Part shown: piece by piece, positions 12,513 through 26,951 of the stretch
Position numbering within the stretch: the first letter of the stretch is position 1
How the letters are laid out: every line of letters begins with the position of its first letter
Assembly (NCBI GenBank): GCA_964016885.1
Contig: OZ024742.1
Coordinates: forward strand, 100,068,001 to 100,132,000
DNA from: Eledone cirrhosa
Taxonomy: Eukaryota
DNA: 64,000 nucleotides
Direction of reading: 5' to 3'
Program-made: the position numbers and the translations under genes
Notes under the pieces: model-generated
What the model was told of the DNA's origin: nothing
Databases searched by the model: none
Seen by the model: only the letters and a program-made list of their open reading frames with translations

Positions 12513-12758
12513 TTAAAAAAATATTGACTTTTCAACAAGAAAAAACTTTTTTTTTTTTGTTTAACTATTTCGCCTAAAGGCGTAGAATATTTTGAGAGAC
12601 TGACCAGATCAAAGTTTGACCTGGCAGTCCCTCTACAAAATGGTACAAAAATTAAAGTTATCAGACAAGAATTTCTATAGAAATTTAAACAGAACTTACT
12701 CAGCAAGTTATACGCGTGTGTCCATCCCAGAGATAGATAGATAGATAGATAGATAGAC

Positions 12759-12850
<92 letters not shown>

Positions 12851-12851
<1 letters not shown>

Positions 12852-13355
12852 TGTTTCTTTTATTTGCCACCAGGGCATCAAAAGTGGGACAAGTACAATG
12901 GGGGGAGTTTACAAAACAAGGCGTCCTCAATAAGGAGGAGGCAATAACAAAATATAAAAATATAAAAATAAAATAAAATATAACAGAATAAAATTTATAA
13001 CAAAATCCTCAATAGAGAGGAGGGGCCTTGGAGGGTCGCACACACCCCCGAAAAAAAGTGTGTAACCCTTTTCCTCAGGAGCACAGAGAAGGGGTGCTCC
13101 CTTGGTCTTTCATCTTCCTCACCTATAGTCTGATGTAGAGTGAAGGCCCATTCACACGGGCCATTCTCGCCACTTTCACCCATCTTTCATAAAAACGGCT
13201 GAGGTGCAGCACCTCTCTCTCCATCCTGATCCTTCTTCCGAAATGATATCGGAAGAAACGGACCAGTTGTTGGCCAGAGAGAAAGGTGTCTGACCTCAGT
13301 CCTTTCAGACGCGTCCACCATACAACATCTTTCGCCATGGCTATTACGCACAGAA
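12851..13355 (-). mobile_element. 5'-truncated Tx1 copy E2 (ORF2 C-terminus + 3'UTR)
   Basis: LCVIAMAKDVVWWTRLKG...NGPSLYIRL*; 3'UTR as in E1; runs into (TATC)n. Confidence 0.92.
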
Positions 13356-13632
13356 TGACCACAAAGATCATATGGAGAATGACCACAATTATCCCTGTGG
13401 TAAAAGGTGCATTAGGATTAATACCCAAATCATCAGATCGGCACCTTAGCGTCTTTCCCTGCAAGATCAGCAAATATTAGCTACTGAAGATCGGACTACT
13501 AGGAACAGTGCACATTCTCAGACGAGTTCTCTCTCTACAATGAAAACATCTACTGCCCTAGGTTCAAGGCCTGAACCCGGCAATAGAGAAACAGAACTGA
13601 GCTAAACGAAATAACACAACAGTAATAATTAT
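13356..13632 (+). mobile_element. 3' end of an R4/Dong-like RLE retrotransposon
   Basis: IIPVVKGALGLIPK...KIGLLGTVHILRRVLS is typical of the restriction-like endonuclease C-terminus; short 3'UTR ending in TAA repeats. Confidence 0.65.
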
Positions 13633-13712
13633 TATTATTTCTTTATTGACCACTAGGGACAATACAAAAAGACAGGGACAGTGGGAGTTTACAATAAAAT
13701 CGAGTAAAAAAG
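13630..13712 (-). mobile_element. Tx1-related 3' tail ending in (AAT)n
   Basis: minus strand tttactcgattttattgtaaactcccactgtccc...tgtccctagtggtcaataaagaaataataataa resembles the E3 3'UTR. Confidence 0.7.
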
Positions 13713-13889
13713 TTAATTAACAAAAACAATTAACAATAAAATGACAACAATAAAAATTCCACAGAGGAATTTTATTACCAGACGGACAAGTAGGAATTGT
13801 ATTACTAGCGGACAAGTTATGAAGAAATTGTCGACAACGAGTATAAGGACTTAACCATCCTGGAAACAGACTAAATGAAAGAGAAGGAA

Positions 13890-14860
13890 ATAAAAGTATT
13901 ATCAAAGGAATATACACGGAGACAGAAGTTGGTGTTAAAGACGAAGTTAAGTGGTAGAAATAAGATACTGGCTATCAAGACATGAGCTGTTACAGCTCTA
14001 AGGTATAGCTCTAAGATACTGGCTATCAAGACATGAGCTGTTACAGCTCTAAGGTATAGCTCTAAGATACTGGCTATCAAGACATGAGCTGTTACAGCTC
14101 TAAGGTATATGACACTACAATGGGCTCTACACTCCAAAAATGACATTGACTGGTTTTATCTATCAGGACAGAGAGGAGGAAGAGGTCTCATTAGCTGTGA
14201 AATGTGTGTGAAGTAGGAAGGAAATAATCTGGCATAGTATATAAAGAATTCAAAGGAGAGATTGATGGCAGGAGTGAGAAAGATAAAGTTCCTAAACAGT
14301 GATGAAGCAAGGAAAATGGAGAATTTAAACAAGACAGACTGGTTGACACCTTGAATAGATGGAAGGAAAAAATGTGTATGGTCAAAAGTTGCGTGATATG
14401 CCTGAAACAGTTGACAAAGATAAGAACTGGGAATGTTCTAGGAAAAGCGACATAAAAGTTGAAACTGAAACCCTTATTTTCGCAACCCAGGGACAGGCAG
14501 CGAGAACGCCCTATATTAAGTTCGATATTGACAGGTAAGTGATCCCCAATTTGTAGGTTGTGTAGGTTGTGAGAGACAATAAACCACATTATTAATGGTT
14601 GAAAAGATGCTTGCTGAGAAAGTGTAAAATATAAGGCACGACAACATTAACAGATTGATTCATTGGAAGCTCTGTCATAAATATATGAGCAGAAGTGAGA
14701 AATGGTATGAGCAAGAAAGGGTTGCTGAAAACGAAAAGTATTAAATCTTGTGGGACATGACCATCCTTTGCGATCATTTAACGTGACTAGAAAGCCTGAC
14801 ATAGTTGTCATAGAAAAGAAAAATAATAAGAAAGCAAGTATTGTGGATATCACTAAAGGT
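13890..14860 (+). pseudogene. Decayed R4/Dong-like RT-thumb/RLE fragment, with a 51-bp triplication at 13961-14107
   Basis: broken frames give KEYTRRQKLVLKTKLSGRNKILAIKT, GGRGLISC, CRLC, RHDN, KPDIVVIEKK. Confidence 0.7.
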
Positions 14861-15070
14861 GACGTTGACATGCCGCGGATTTTAACACATAATTTAGTGA
14901 ACCGAAAAGAATATTGGATTTAAGGCATTTAATCTGACACTCTAGCGACGCTGCTAAAGCGACGTCCTATACTTGCTTACTGTGCCATACAATGGAGGCG
15001 AACCCGCAGCTATGTGTTTGCGAAGGGCACTTGTTAACCTCACAGCAATGCCATTGTTTCCACGCAAAGA

Positions 15071-15131
<61 letters not shown>

Positions 15132-16088
15132 TAGGAAACCTATATAGATATATGTGAGATAGTTCGAGGAGATGAGAGTAGAGAAGTAGTTATCTAAAGA
15201 AAGACATATAGCTTAGATTATAAGCTGGCAACTTAAACAACATGCGACACATTGAAAATAAATCCGGAATCTTCTCTCCTCCGAGTCATCTGTTCTGTTG
15301 TTCTCGTTCTTTATTATTGATTTGAATTTATTCCTGGATTATTAATGAGATTAAACGTGGGATTGTATCGGATTAACTTGTTTTTCCAGTAAAACTGTAG
15401 GTTTTCCACAGTGCAGCTACAGATCGCTCCTTAAATGGAAGAAACAGAAATTTCTGCTATAGCATAACATATTCGTCTTTATTGCAAACACAGACAATTC
15501 TTTCGTAAGCTGCAAGGTGAATGACATGGGTTCGATCTTGGTTGGAGACGATACCGTTCGTTAATATTCCTCGTCTATAAGGTCATTCGTACTTCAACAG
15601 AGTTGAGAGAGAAAGAGAGAGAAAACGAGAGAATGAGAGCATGTGTGTGTGAAAGAAAGAGTGACAAGGGGAGAGAGAGTGGAGATAGAGAGGAGAGGCT
15701 GGGTAGAGAAGCATGGTTAATGTCCTTGAGTTACACTCAATAAAACAGCAAGATTTTAAGTGCTGCTCGTACGATTCAATTAATAGATAATTTAATAATT
15801 TTGATATTCACTCAGATTACATTTTCTCCCCCCCCCCCCTCTCTCTCTCTCTCTCTCGTTTGGTTTCTCACACGCAATATCTGCACATATATATATATAT
15901 GTATATATATAGAGAGAGAGAGATAGATAGATAAATATACAAAGTGTGTATGATTGTGTATAGAAGATTATATTAATAAGAGGAATTGCAACTTTGTCTG
16001 ATTTACTCGTTTTATTTACAATCCTTTAAAATTTATAATGGTATTATAATGAAATAGTATGATAGAATATTAAATGTTAAGTGTTAAT

Positions 16089-16127
16089 TGAACAAGTACT
16101 TTCATGCTTTTGCAATCTTCAGGTTCA
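16089..16127 (-). ncRNA. Minimal type I hammerhead motif
   Basis: ugaac CUGAAGA uugcaaaagcau GAAA guac UU guuca. Confidence 0.6.
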
Positions 16128-16429
16128 TAATGTGTGGTGACAGTCAAGTTTGCAATTTTCAACTGTAATGAGATGGGTAAATTTTGTACCTTATATACAG
16201 TGAAAAGAGGCTCCAGAATGCTAAATCTTGCAAACTGTATTTCGACCAATCGGTGTGTGGTTTCACTGAATTACTAAAGCTGATTGGTTTAGGCGTCACG
16301 GTTGGTTGAGCATGTCTAACGAGCACTAATTGATCCTATCCAAAGCATCAATTGTTTTGCTATTTTTAGAAATGATGAAAATAGCATTTTCAAGTAATCA
16401 TCACCATCAACATCACTTTTATTATTATT

Positions 16430-16462
<33 letters not shown>

Positions 16463-16538
16463 AGTGGTCGTAGTCGACATCGTCGTTACCCATCTCATTA
16501 CAGTTGAAAATTGCAAACTTGACTGTCACCACACATTA

Positions 16539-16577
16539 TGAACCTGAAGATTGCGAAAGCAGGAAAGTACTTGTTCA
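16539..16577 (+). ncRNA. Minimal type I hammerhead motif
   Basis: stem I ugaac/guuca; CUGAAGA; stem II uugc-GAAA-gcag; GAAA; palindromic stem III AGUACU; CUU triplet. Confidence 0.72.
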
Positions 16578-16689
16578 ATTAACACTGAACATTTAATATT
16601 CTATGATACTATTTCATTATAATACCATTATAAATTTTAAAGGATTGTAAATAAAACGAGTAAATCAGACACAGTTGGAATTCCTCTTA

Positions 16690-16756
<67 letters not shown>

Positions 16757-16819
16757 GTATATGTATATATATATATAGTGACGAAGCATAAGTCAGTTGC
16801 GTGAACTCATAATCCTTTA

Positions 16820-16881
16820 TTTACTGCTATATATATTTCGATGATAGCCATTGAATGGCTATGACCTCATCAGGCTGTTAA
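16820..16881 (-). ncRNA. Minimal type I hammerhead motif of a third sequence family
   Basis: uuaacagc CUGAUGA ggucauagccauu-c-aauggcuaucauc GAAA uauau AUA gcaguaaa; long stem II; two mismatches in stem I. Confidence 0.65.
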
Positions 16882-16940
16882 TCAGTTCTTAGATATGCCA
16901 GCTCTGTGTTTATGGTGTTAATGGTATCAGATCCTTGGGA

Positions 16941-20417
<3,477 letters not shown>

Positions 20418-20439
20418 CACTCACACATACATACATACA

Positions 20440-21050
20440 TACATGGTGGCTGCCAACTCGTTTTCAAGTAGGGCCATTACTTTATAACCATGTAGGAGAA
20501 CCCTTACCCATGCGCTGAACGAGTGTGACTTTTTAGTCCAGCCAGCGACTTGAAAACTGTGGTACAAACACTACACTTGTGACAATTATTGACAGATAGT
20601 ACTGGGCCCATGGTATCTTGTGACGACAAGTGCATAGAGATCTCCAGATATAAAGCAATGCCTGTGCCGTGAAGCTTTTATAGTGAGCAAAGGCACTGCA
20701 CAAAGCCAGTCCCACTCTCTTAACCAAGATGATATTTACCAAAAAGAAGAACAAGTCAACATCATTGGATACCATCAGAGTTGCAGGTGTTATATCAGAG
20801 TTTTCCTTCTCCTAGAATTCTGCCTTGACAAAAACTAAGGGGTCATCTCTCCCGGTAATTTTGGATGGCCATTGACTCTTAAGAGCTCCTTTGCCCTTTG
20901 ACAGGTTTTGTTTTTAGTCCTGCAGGATGTCCAAAGTCACCCTCCTCACCAAGAAACCTTGGTGGGGTTGCCAGTTCAGTCGCCAACGACCCGACCATAA
21001 GACAGGTTGTACTGGGATACATGTTACCAGTAGCCCCAACTGGTGACCTG
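20440..21050 (-). mobile_element. Non-autonomous RTE-like element; related copy at ~46655-47250
   Basis: shared blocks (ctcctcaccaag...gggttgcc...gtcgcc.acgacccgaccat; ttctcctagaa); minus-strand 3' end ggcagccaccatgtatgtatg; RTE affinity is from recalled motif resemblance. Confidence 0.5.
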
Positions 21051-21430
21051 ACATACATATATACGTGCAGATATATATATATATACATACATACAATTAT
21101 AGATATATATATAGAGAGAGAAAGGGTGCGAATAAGAAAGATAGATAGATATAGATATAAGGATACATGTGCGTTTACATATCTATATATCCATACATAT
21201 ATCTATCTATCTATCTATCTATCTATCTTGATAGAGTAAGACACGCTTCACATCGGCTCCGCTATTCCATCGGGATTTACCCTTACTATTGTAAGTACCG
21301 GATAAATTTTTCAGTGCAACACATTTGGAACACTAACCCCTGTTATTTAGGGAAACATTTTTGCATTTACCCCCTTTTTAGGGGGTAAAATAAATATCTA
21401 TTTTTGCCGAAAAATTTCTTTCTTGGCAGC

Positions 21431-23269
21431 ATGGCGGAAAAGATGGCAGACATGTCTGCCATAAGCTCTGCCACGCCCCCCAAGTCTGAAGAACAAAAAA
21501 TAATTACAACAAAATTAGACAATGAAACAAACAAAGAAAATGAAAAAACAAATGTTAAGGAAAATGAGCAAACGGAAAACAAACAAACAGAAAATAATAC
21601 AAATAACAACAGGGCAACTTTCGCCCAGAAAACAAAACAATCCATTACATACACACCAATTGACCTAACTGCCGCCAGAGAAAAACTGGCCGAAGCAAAG
21701 AAACACATTGTTTTGGGGGAGAACGGAATGTTTTCCATTAACTCCCCCCCAGAATTCAAGAAAGAAAGAACAGAGAACACAGTTCTCTTCAGAACTATAC
21801 TGAACCAGACAAGAAAGCCAGCACAGCCCAGCCAAATGGAAATAGAGTTAGTCCTAAAAGACTATATGAAGAATATTCTCTTCATACGAAAGGACCGACT
21901 CTATGGCAGCATTTCGGTCCTAACAAGAGACAAGGAAACGGCGGAGAAGCTTTCCCTAAGCCCACTCTCATCGACAACATACAGCTTCTATCCCTCCTAC
22001 ATGGGTAGAAGAACACAGAGAGTAAAAGTAAAAACAATGCTGCCCACAATGGACTTCTGGTGGGCTATTGCTGGCTTCATAGACATGGGCGAAGACACAA
22101 TCCTGTCAATGGGGAAGGCAACTGGAGATGCGTTCCTGGCAATGGGCCTCGACATACTAGTCCAAATGAGGCCCGAAAGAATAGCACAAATCCCGGATCG
22201 CATCTGGCTGGATGACCTTACCCCAATAGACATAATTGTAGAGGGGAGAAGACCAGCATGCTATTTATGCATGGAAAGGGGACACGTTAAGGCTAACTGC
22301 CCGAAACGTATCCCCCAAAAGGACTATTGCCCACACCCACCACAAACAGTACACCAACACCACCCACCTCCAAAAATACACTAATACCACACACAGCAAA
22401 CAAAATACAGACACCACCAACCACAAACACAACACAAACATCACCACCACCAGCACCAAACACAAGCACGACACAAAAATCACCACCACCAACCACAACA
22501 CAAACATCACCACCACCATCACCAACCACAAGCACGACGCAAACATTACCACCACCACCACAAAACCCATTCCAAACAAATAATAAAAAAAACAGTAACA
22601 AATCTACCCCTCCCGCAAAAAAAAAACAACCACACAATACGTCCCTCCCACCTAGCGCTGAAGAGTTTCCCCCAACTTCTGAAGAAGAAGGAGGAGAAGC
22701 CTTCAGACAAGTTAAAAGAAAAAAAAGAAAACACACACCCAGCACACCACAAATAACCCACACACAAACACCAACTCCAATCAAAAACACCCCACCCTCA
22801 ACAAACAAAAATAAATCTGCGCCTCCCCTCTCCGAAACATTGACAGCATAACAAAAAAAGACGTTGCAATACACATATATAAATAAAGAAAACAAAAAAC
22901 TGGTTAAATTAATAAACAATAACCCTATGGTGCAGACCGAAGGGCCAAACTTTATCTCAACAGAGAAACTTCACCCATTTAAAAATGATAAAGGTCCCTC
23001 TGGACCTTTATCGTTCCTTAAAAGAACAATTTAGACGGGACGTGAGCCCCCCCCCCCCCTGTTTAAAACCGTTGAATCGCGTCCTCTTGAAAGATTTCCC
23101 CATAACCGCCCCTCTCCCTGACACAACTCCAAATACCCCAACCCTACCACACACGTGTACCCCCACACCACCACAAAACATCCCTCCACCCAACACACCT
23201 GATGCCATGGAAATTACGCAACCCGGAGAGGTAGGTGCTTTTCTTTCTTCACTTTCAACACCAAAATAG
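21431..23269 (+). pseudogene. E3 ORF1, disrupted by frameshifts and a stop
   Basis: fragments 21404-22384, 22327-22851 and 22985-23269 are collinear with the intact E6 ORF1; CYLCMERGHVKANC. Confidence 0.9.
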
Positions 23270-26200
23270 ATCAATTGAGAGTTGGCTGTTTGAACGCGCG
23301 TGGCCTGGGCTCAGCTTGGAAGCAAGCAAAGCTTCTAAGTGACCTCAGGTCACAAAGTATAGATGTGATGGTTGTTTGCGAGAGTCGGATCAGCAGCGTG
23401 AGACAGCTGGCGCCCGCCTTCGATGACTTTGAGATGCACGCATCTCTCTGTCAACCCGGAGGCGGGGGGGGGGGAGTTGCCGTACTGCTGGATAAACGTC
23501 TGACTCTCGACGTACAGATTGTTCACTCGGACCCGGGTGGTCGATTACTGGTGCTGGACGTCGGAGGCGGTGAAGGCGGGGCTTTCAGACTGGTCGGTCT
23601 TTATGCTCCCTTCGGGGCGGAAAGAGCCGACTTCTTCCAGCGTCTGGAGACTTTTCTAGGAACGTCGCGTTCCCTGCTTTTAGTAGGGGACTGGAATGGA
23701 ATCCTAGATGCGCGTTGGGACTATGCAGGGGCATGTCCCGATAGAGGGGGGTGTAGCAGCCTCAAGGGGTTACTCGATCGATTCGACCTGGTCGATAGAT
23801 TTCGACTAGATTGTCCAAATGCGCCAACCTGGACCTGGGCAAACCGCAGTGGACAATCTAGATCGTACCTAGATAGGTTTTTGGTTAGGAGTAAGGATAG
23901 GGACGTATTTAGTTGTCCAGAACTGATCATGGTTGGCTATTCAGATCACAAATTAGTGACCTGCGTGGTCAACCTTGATAGAACGCATAGACAGGGTCCC
24001 GGTTACTGGAAGATGAACTTGTCCTTGCCGACAAAGAAAGATTACAGAAACCGGATTAGTAGCTTAGTTAAGATGCGGTTGACGGGAGCGATCGTCAACA
24101 GTAGGTGGTGGGTATCTCTAAAGAGAGAGATTAGAGTAAGTTCGATAGGTTACAGTAAGGAACTAGCGGCGAATAGAAATAGGAAGGAAAGGGAGTTAAC
24201 AGATAAACTAGAAGAGGCGATTAGGAGCGGAGACATAGCCAGAGTGTTAGCGGCGAGAACGGCGTTGAGCCAGTTCTTTGACGCGAAGCACGAAGGCTGC
24301 GTTGTCCGAAGTAAAATACGTGCTTTAGGAAACGAGGGGACCAAAGCTGTTAGCTGGGCCCGCGTGACAGAAGCCAAGAGTGGGATTAAATCCACCATTC
24401 GGTCTTTGCGAGACCAGGATGGACGGGTGATCCTTGAACCTGAGCGAATGTGCGAGGCCTTTCAAAGGCACTTTGCTCGACTGTTCGGAGGTGGCGGGGG
24501 GCCGGACGGGGATGTGGATTTCGGTCCATAACTCGACGGTCTACCGCGTCTTTCGAGCGGCGAAGCGGAGTGCTGCGAAAGGCCAATCACAGCCACTGAA
24601 ATCGGGGAAGCGCTCAGCCAATGCAGCAGACGCAAATCCCCGGGTCTCGATGGTCTACCATACGAACTATATTTAGCTATGCCGGTCTTGTTCTCCGAAC
24701 TCCTCGAGGCTGTCTATTGCAACTGGCAACAGAACGGGAGAATTCCCTGTTCTGTGACCAAGGGCGTGGTCACGCTAGTGAGGAAGGACGAGAGCAAGGG
24801 GGACGACTTAAGTACCTTTAGGCCCATAACTCTGCTGAATGCAGAGTTACAGATTTTGGCCAAGGTGTTGGCGAAGAGGTTGGCGCTTGTGGTGGGTGGT
24901 TTGGTGGGAGACGCGCAGACATGCGCTATCCCGTCCAGGTCCATTCACGACAACCTCCACCTCATGCGATACATCATAGAGAGGGTTGGCTACGAACCCG
25001 GCTTTGGTGGGGCCCTGATCAACTTGGATCAATGTAAGGCGTTCGATAGGGTCGACCATGGTTACCTGGATGCGGTGCTAGCGGCGGCGGGCTTCGGACC
25101 CGTTTTCAGGGGCTGGATTTCTGCCATGCACAGTGGCAACATCTACTCTAGGATTAAAGTAAACGGCTACCTCTCGGAGCCGTTTCAAATCACCCGGTCC
25201 ATCAGACAGGGGTGCCCCCTCTCCTCCCTTCTGTACGTATTGACCCTCGAGCCACTGCTGCGGAAGTTGGAGTTGCTGCGGGGCATACCCCTGGAACCAG
25301 GATTGCACAAAGTGGTCTCGGCCTATGCCGACGACGTAACAGTAATGGTGGCGGACGCCTCGGAAATCGGGGTGATCGCCACCCTACTGGAGGAATACGA
25401 AAGGCTGACGGGGTCTAGGCTGAACCAGGATAAGTCAGTCGGTTTGCAACTCGGAACGTGGAGGGGCAAACCAATGCCGTTAGACGGTGTCGTCGGGCGG
25501 TGGACGGAGGGCCCGGTGAAGCTGCTCGGGGTCTGGTTCGGACCGGACCTCCAGGTGGAGAAGAATTGGGGCGAGGTGACGAACAGGGTGTTTGCGCTGA
25601 CCCAGAAGTGGGCCAAGTGCAAACTATCACTGAAAGGTCGGGCGGAGGTGACGAGCGCTTACATAGCGTCCGTCATCTACTACCGCCTGACCGTCGTGCC
25701 TTGCCCTAAGGAACAGCTCACCATCATGGAACACATGCTCTTCCAGTTCCTCTGGAAAAAGCGGCCTCCCATGGTGAGGAGATCCATCTGCTGCCAGCAC
25801 CCTTCGAAAGGAGGGCTGGGTATGCCGTGGCTGTTGATGCGTAGGCACGCATTGAGGCTACGGCATCTACAGGTATTCCTCAACGGTCAGCCGGTGTGGG
25901 CCCCGTTTGTGAGGCGAGCCTTCCCACAGCTCGTCTCGCTCACCGAACTGCAATCCTGGGTGAAGCAAAGACCGAGAAAACTGGGCAACTGGCACACCGA
26001 GTGTGCCCAGGCGCTCACGGCTATCTGGCAAGCGGACCCGACTATCAGTGGAGAATCCACCTCGACATTCTATAGAGGGTTGGTGGCTAGCAAGGGCGAC
26101 GACACCCTTGGAGAGTCGCTAGGCATGGAGGAGGACGAACTGGCCAGCCTGTTCGGTAGAACTTTCGGCCCGGGACCCATGGACAACTTCCAGAGGTCCC

Positions 26201-26706
26201 TAGCCTGGCAGTGTTACCGAGGGGCTCTGCCCGTTCTAGAAAAGCTCTACAGACACGGGCGCCCGGGCAGGGATCCCGCGAAAAAGATCTGCCCCAGATG
26301 CGTACGCGACGAGGAAACCGTTGCGCATGCACTGGTACACTGCCCGGGCGTTGCCGATCTGTGGGGCTACGTCGAACGACTGCTGTCGCGTGTGGCGCCG
26401 ATTCGATTAACCGCCGAGTCTGTGGTGAACATCAAGCCGCCTCCTCCCTTCAGAAATGAAGCAGAGGCGGTCTTTCTGTGCGTAATAGCCATGATGAAAG
26501 AGGTTGTGTGGTGGACGCGCCTGAAAGGTCTGAGGTCGGGTGACTTTCTCTCCGGCCATCACCTGGTTTACTTCTTCCGATACCACTTCGGAAGAAGGAT
26601 CAGGATGGAGAGAGAAGTGCTTGGCCCCAGACAGTTTTATGAAAGGTGGGTGAAAGAAGCGAGAATGGCCCGTGTAAATGGGCCTTCTCTCTACATTGTT
26701 CTGTAG
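23266..26706 (+). pseudogene. E3 ORF2 (EN-RT-ZnF), one in-frame stop at 24529-24531
   Basis: ORFs 23275-24531 and 24679-26706 share a frame; GDWN, SDH, QGCPLS, YADD. Confidence 0.92.
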
Positions 26707-26951
26707 GTGAAGAAGTGAAGAGGAAAGGGGGAGCGCCTCCTCTCTGGGCTTCCCCCGCGAAAAGAGTTGCACACTTTTCGGCGGTATGTGCAATCCCCAA
26801 CACGCCCCCTCCCTTTTGAGGACTTTTTATTGTTATATTATTATTGTTATTCCTTTTTTCTTTACTCGATTTATGTAAACTCCCCCACTGTGTAAATGTC
26901 CCCTTCTTTTGTGCCCTCGTGGCAAATAAATAGAAATTTATCTATCTATCT

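Larger units (their letters stand above)
6994..12730 (-). mobile_element. Full-length Tx1-clade LINE, copy E1, in (TATC)n
   Basis: 5'UTR, ORF1, ORF2 and a 3'UTR with AATAAA; GATA repeats on both flanks. Confidence 0.93.
15970..16694. mobile_element. ~210-bp inverted repeat pair (15970-16180 / 16486-16694), Penelope-like pLTR
   Basis: arms are near-perfect reverse complements, each contains a hammerhead motif, and both outer ends run into TA-rich sequence. Confidence 0.75.
21228..26938 (+). mobile_element. Full-length Tx1-clade LINE, copy E3
   Basis: ORF1 + ORF2 + 3'UTR; (TATC)n on both sides. Confidence 0.93.
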
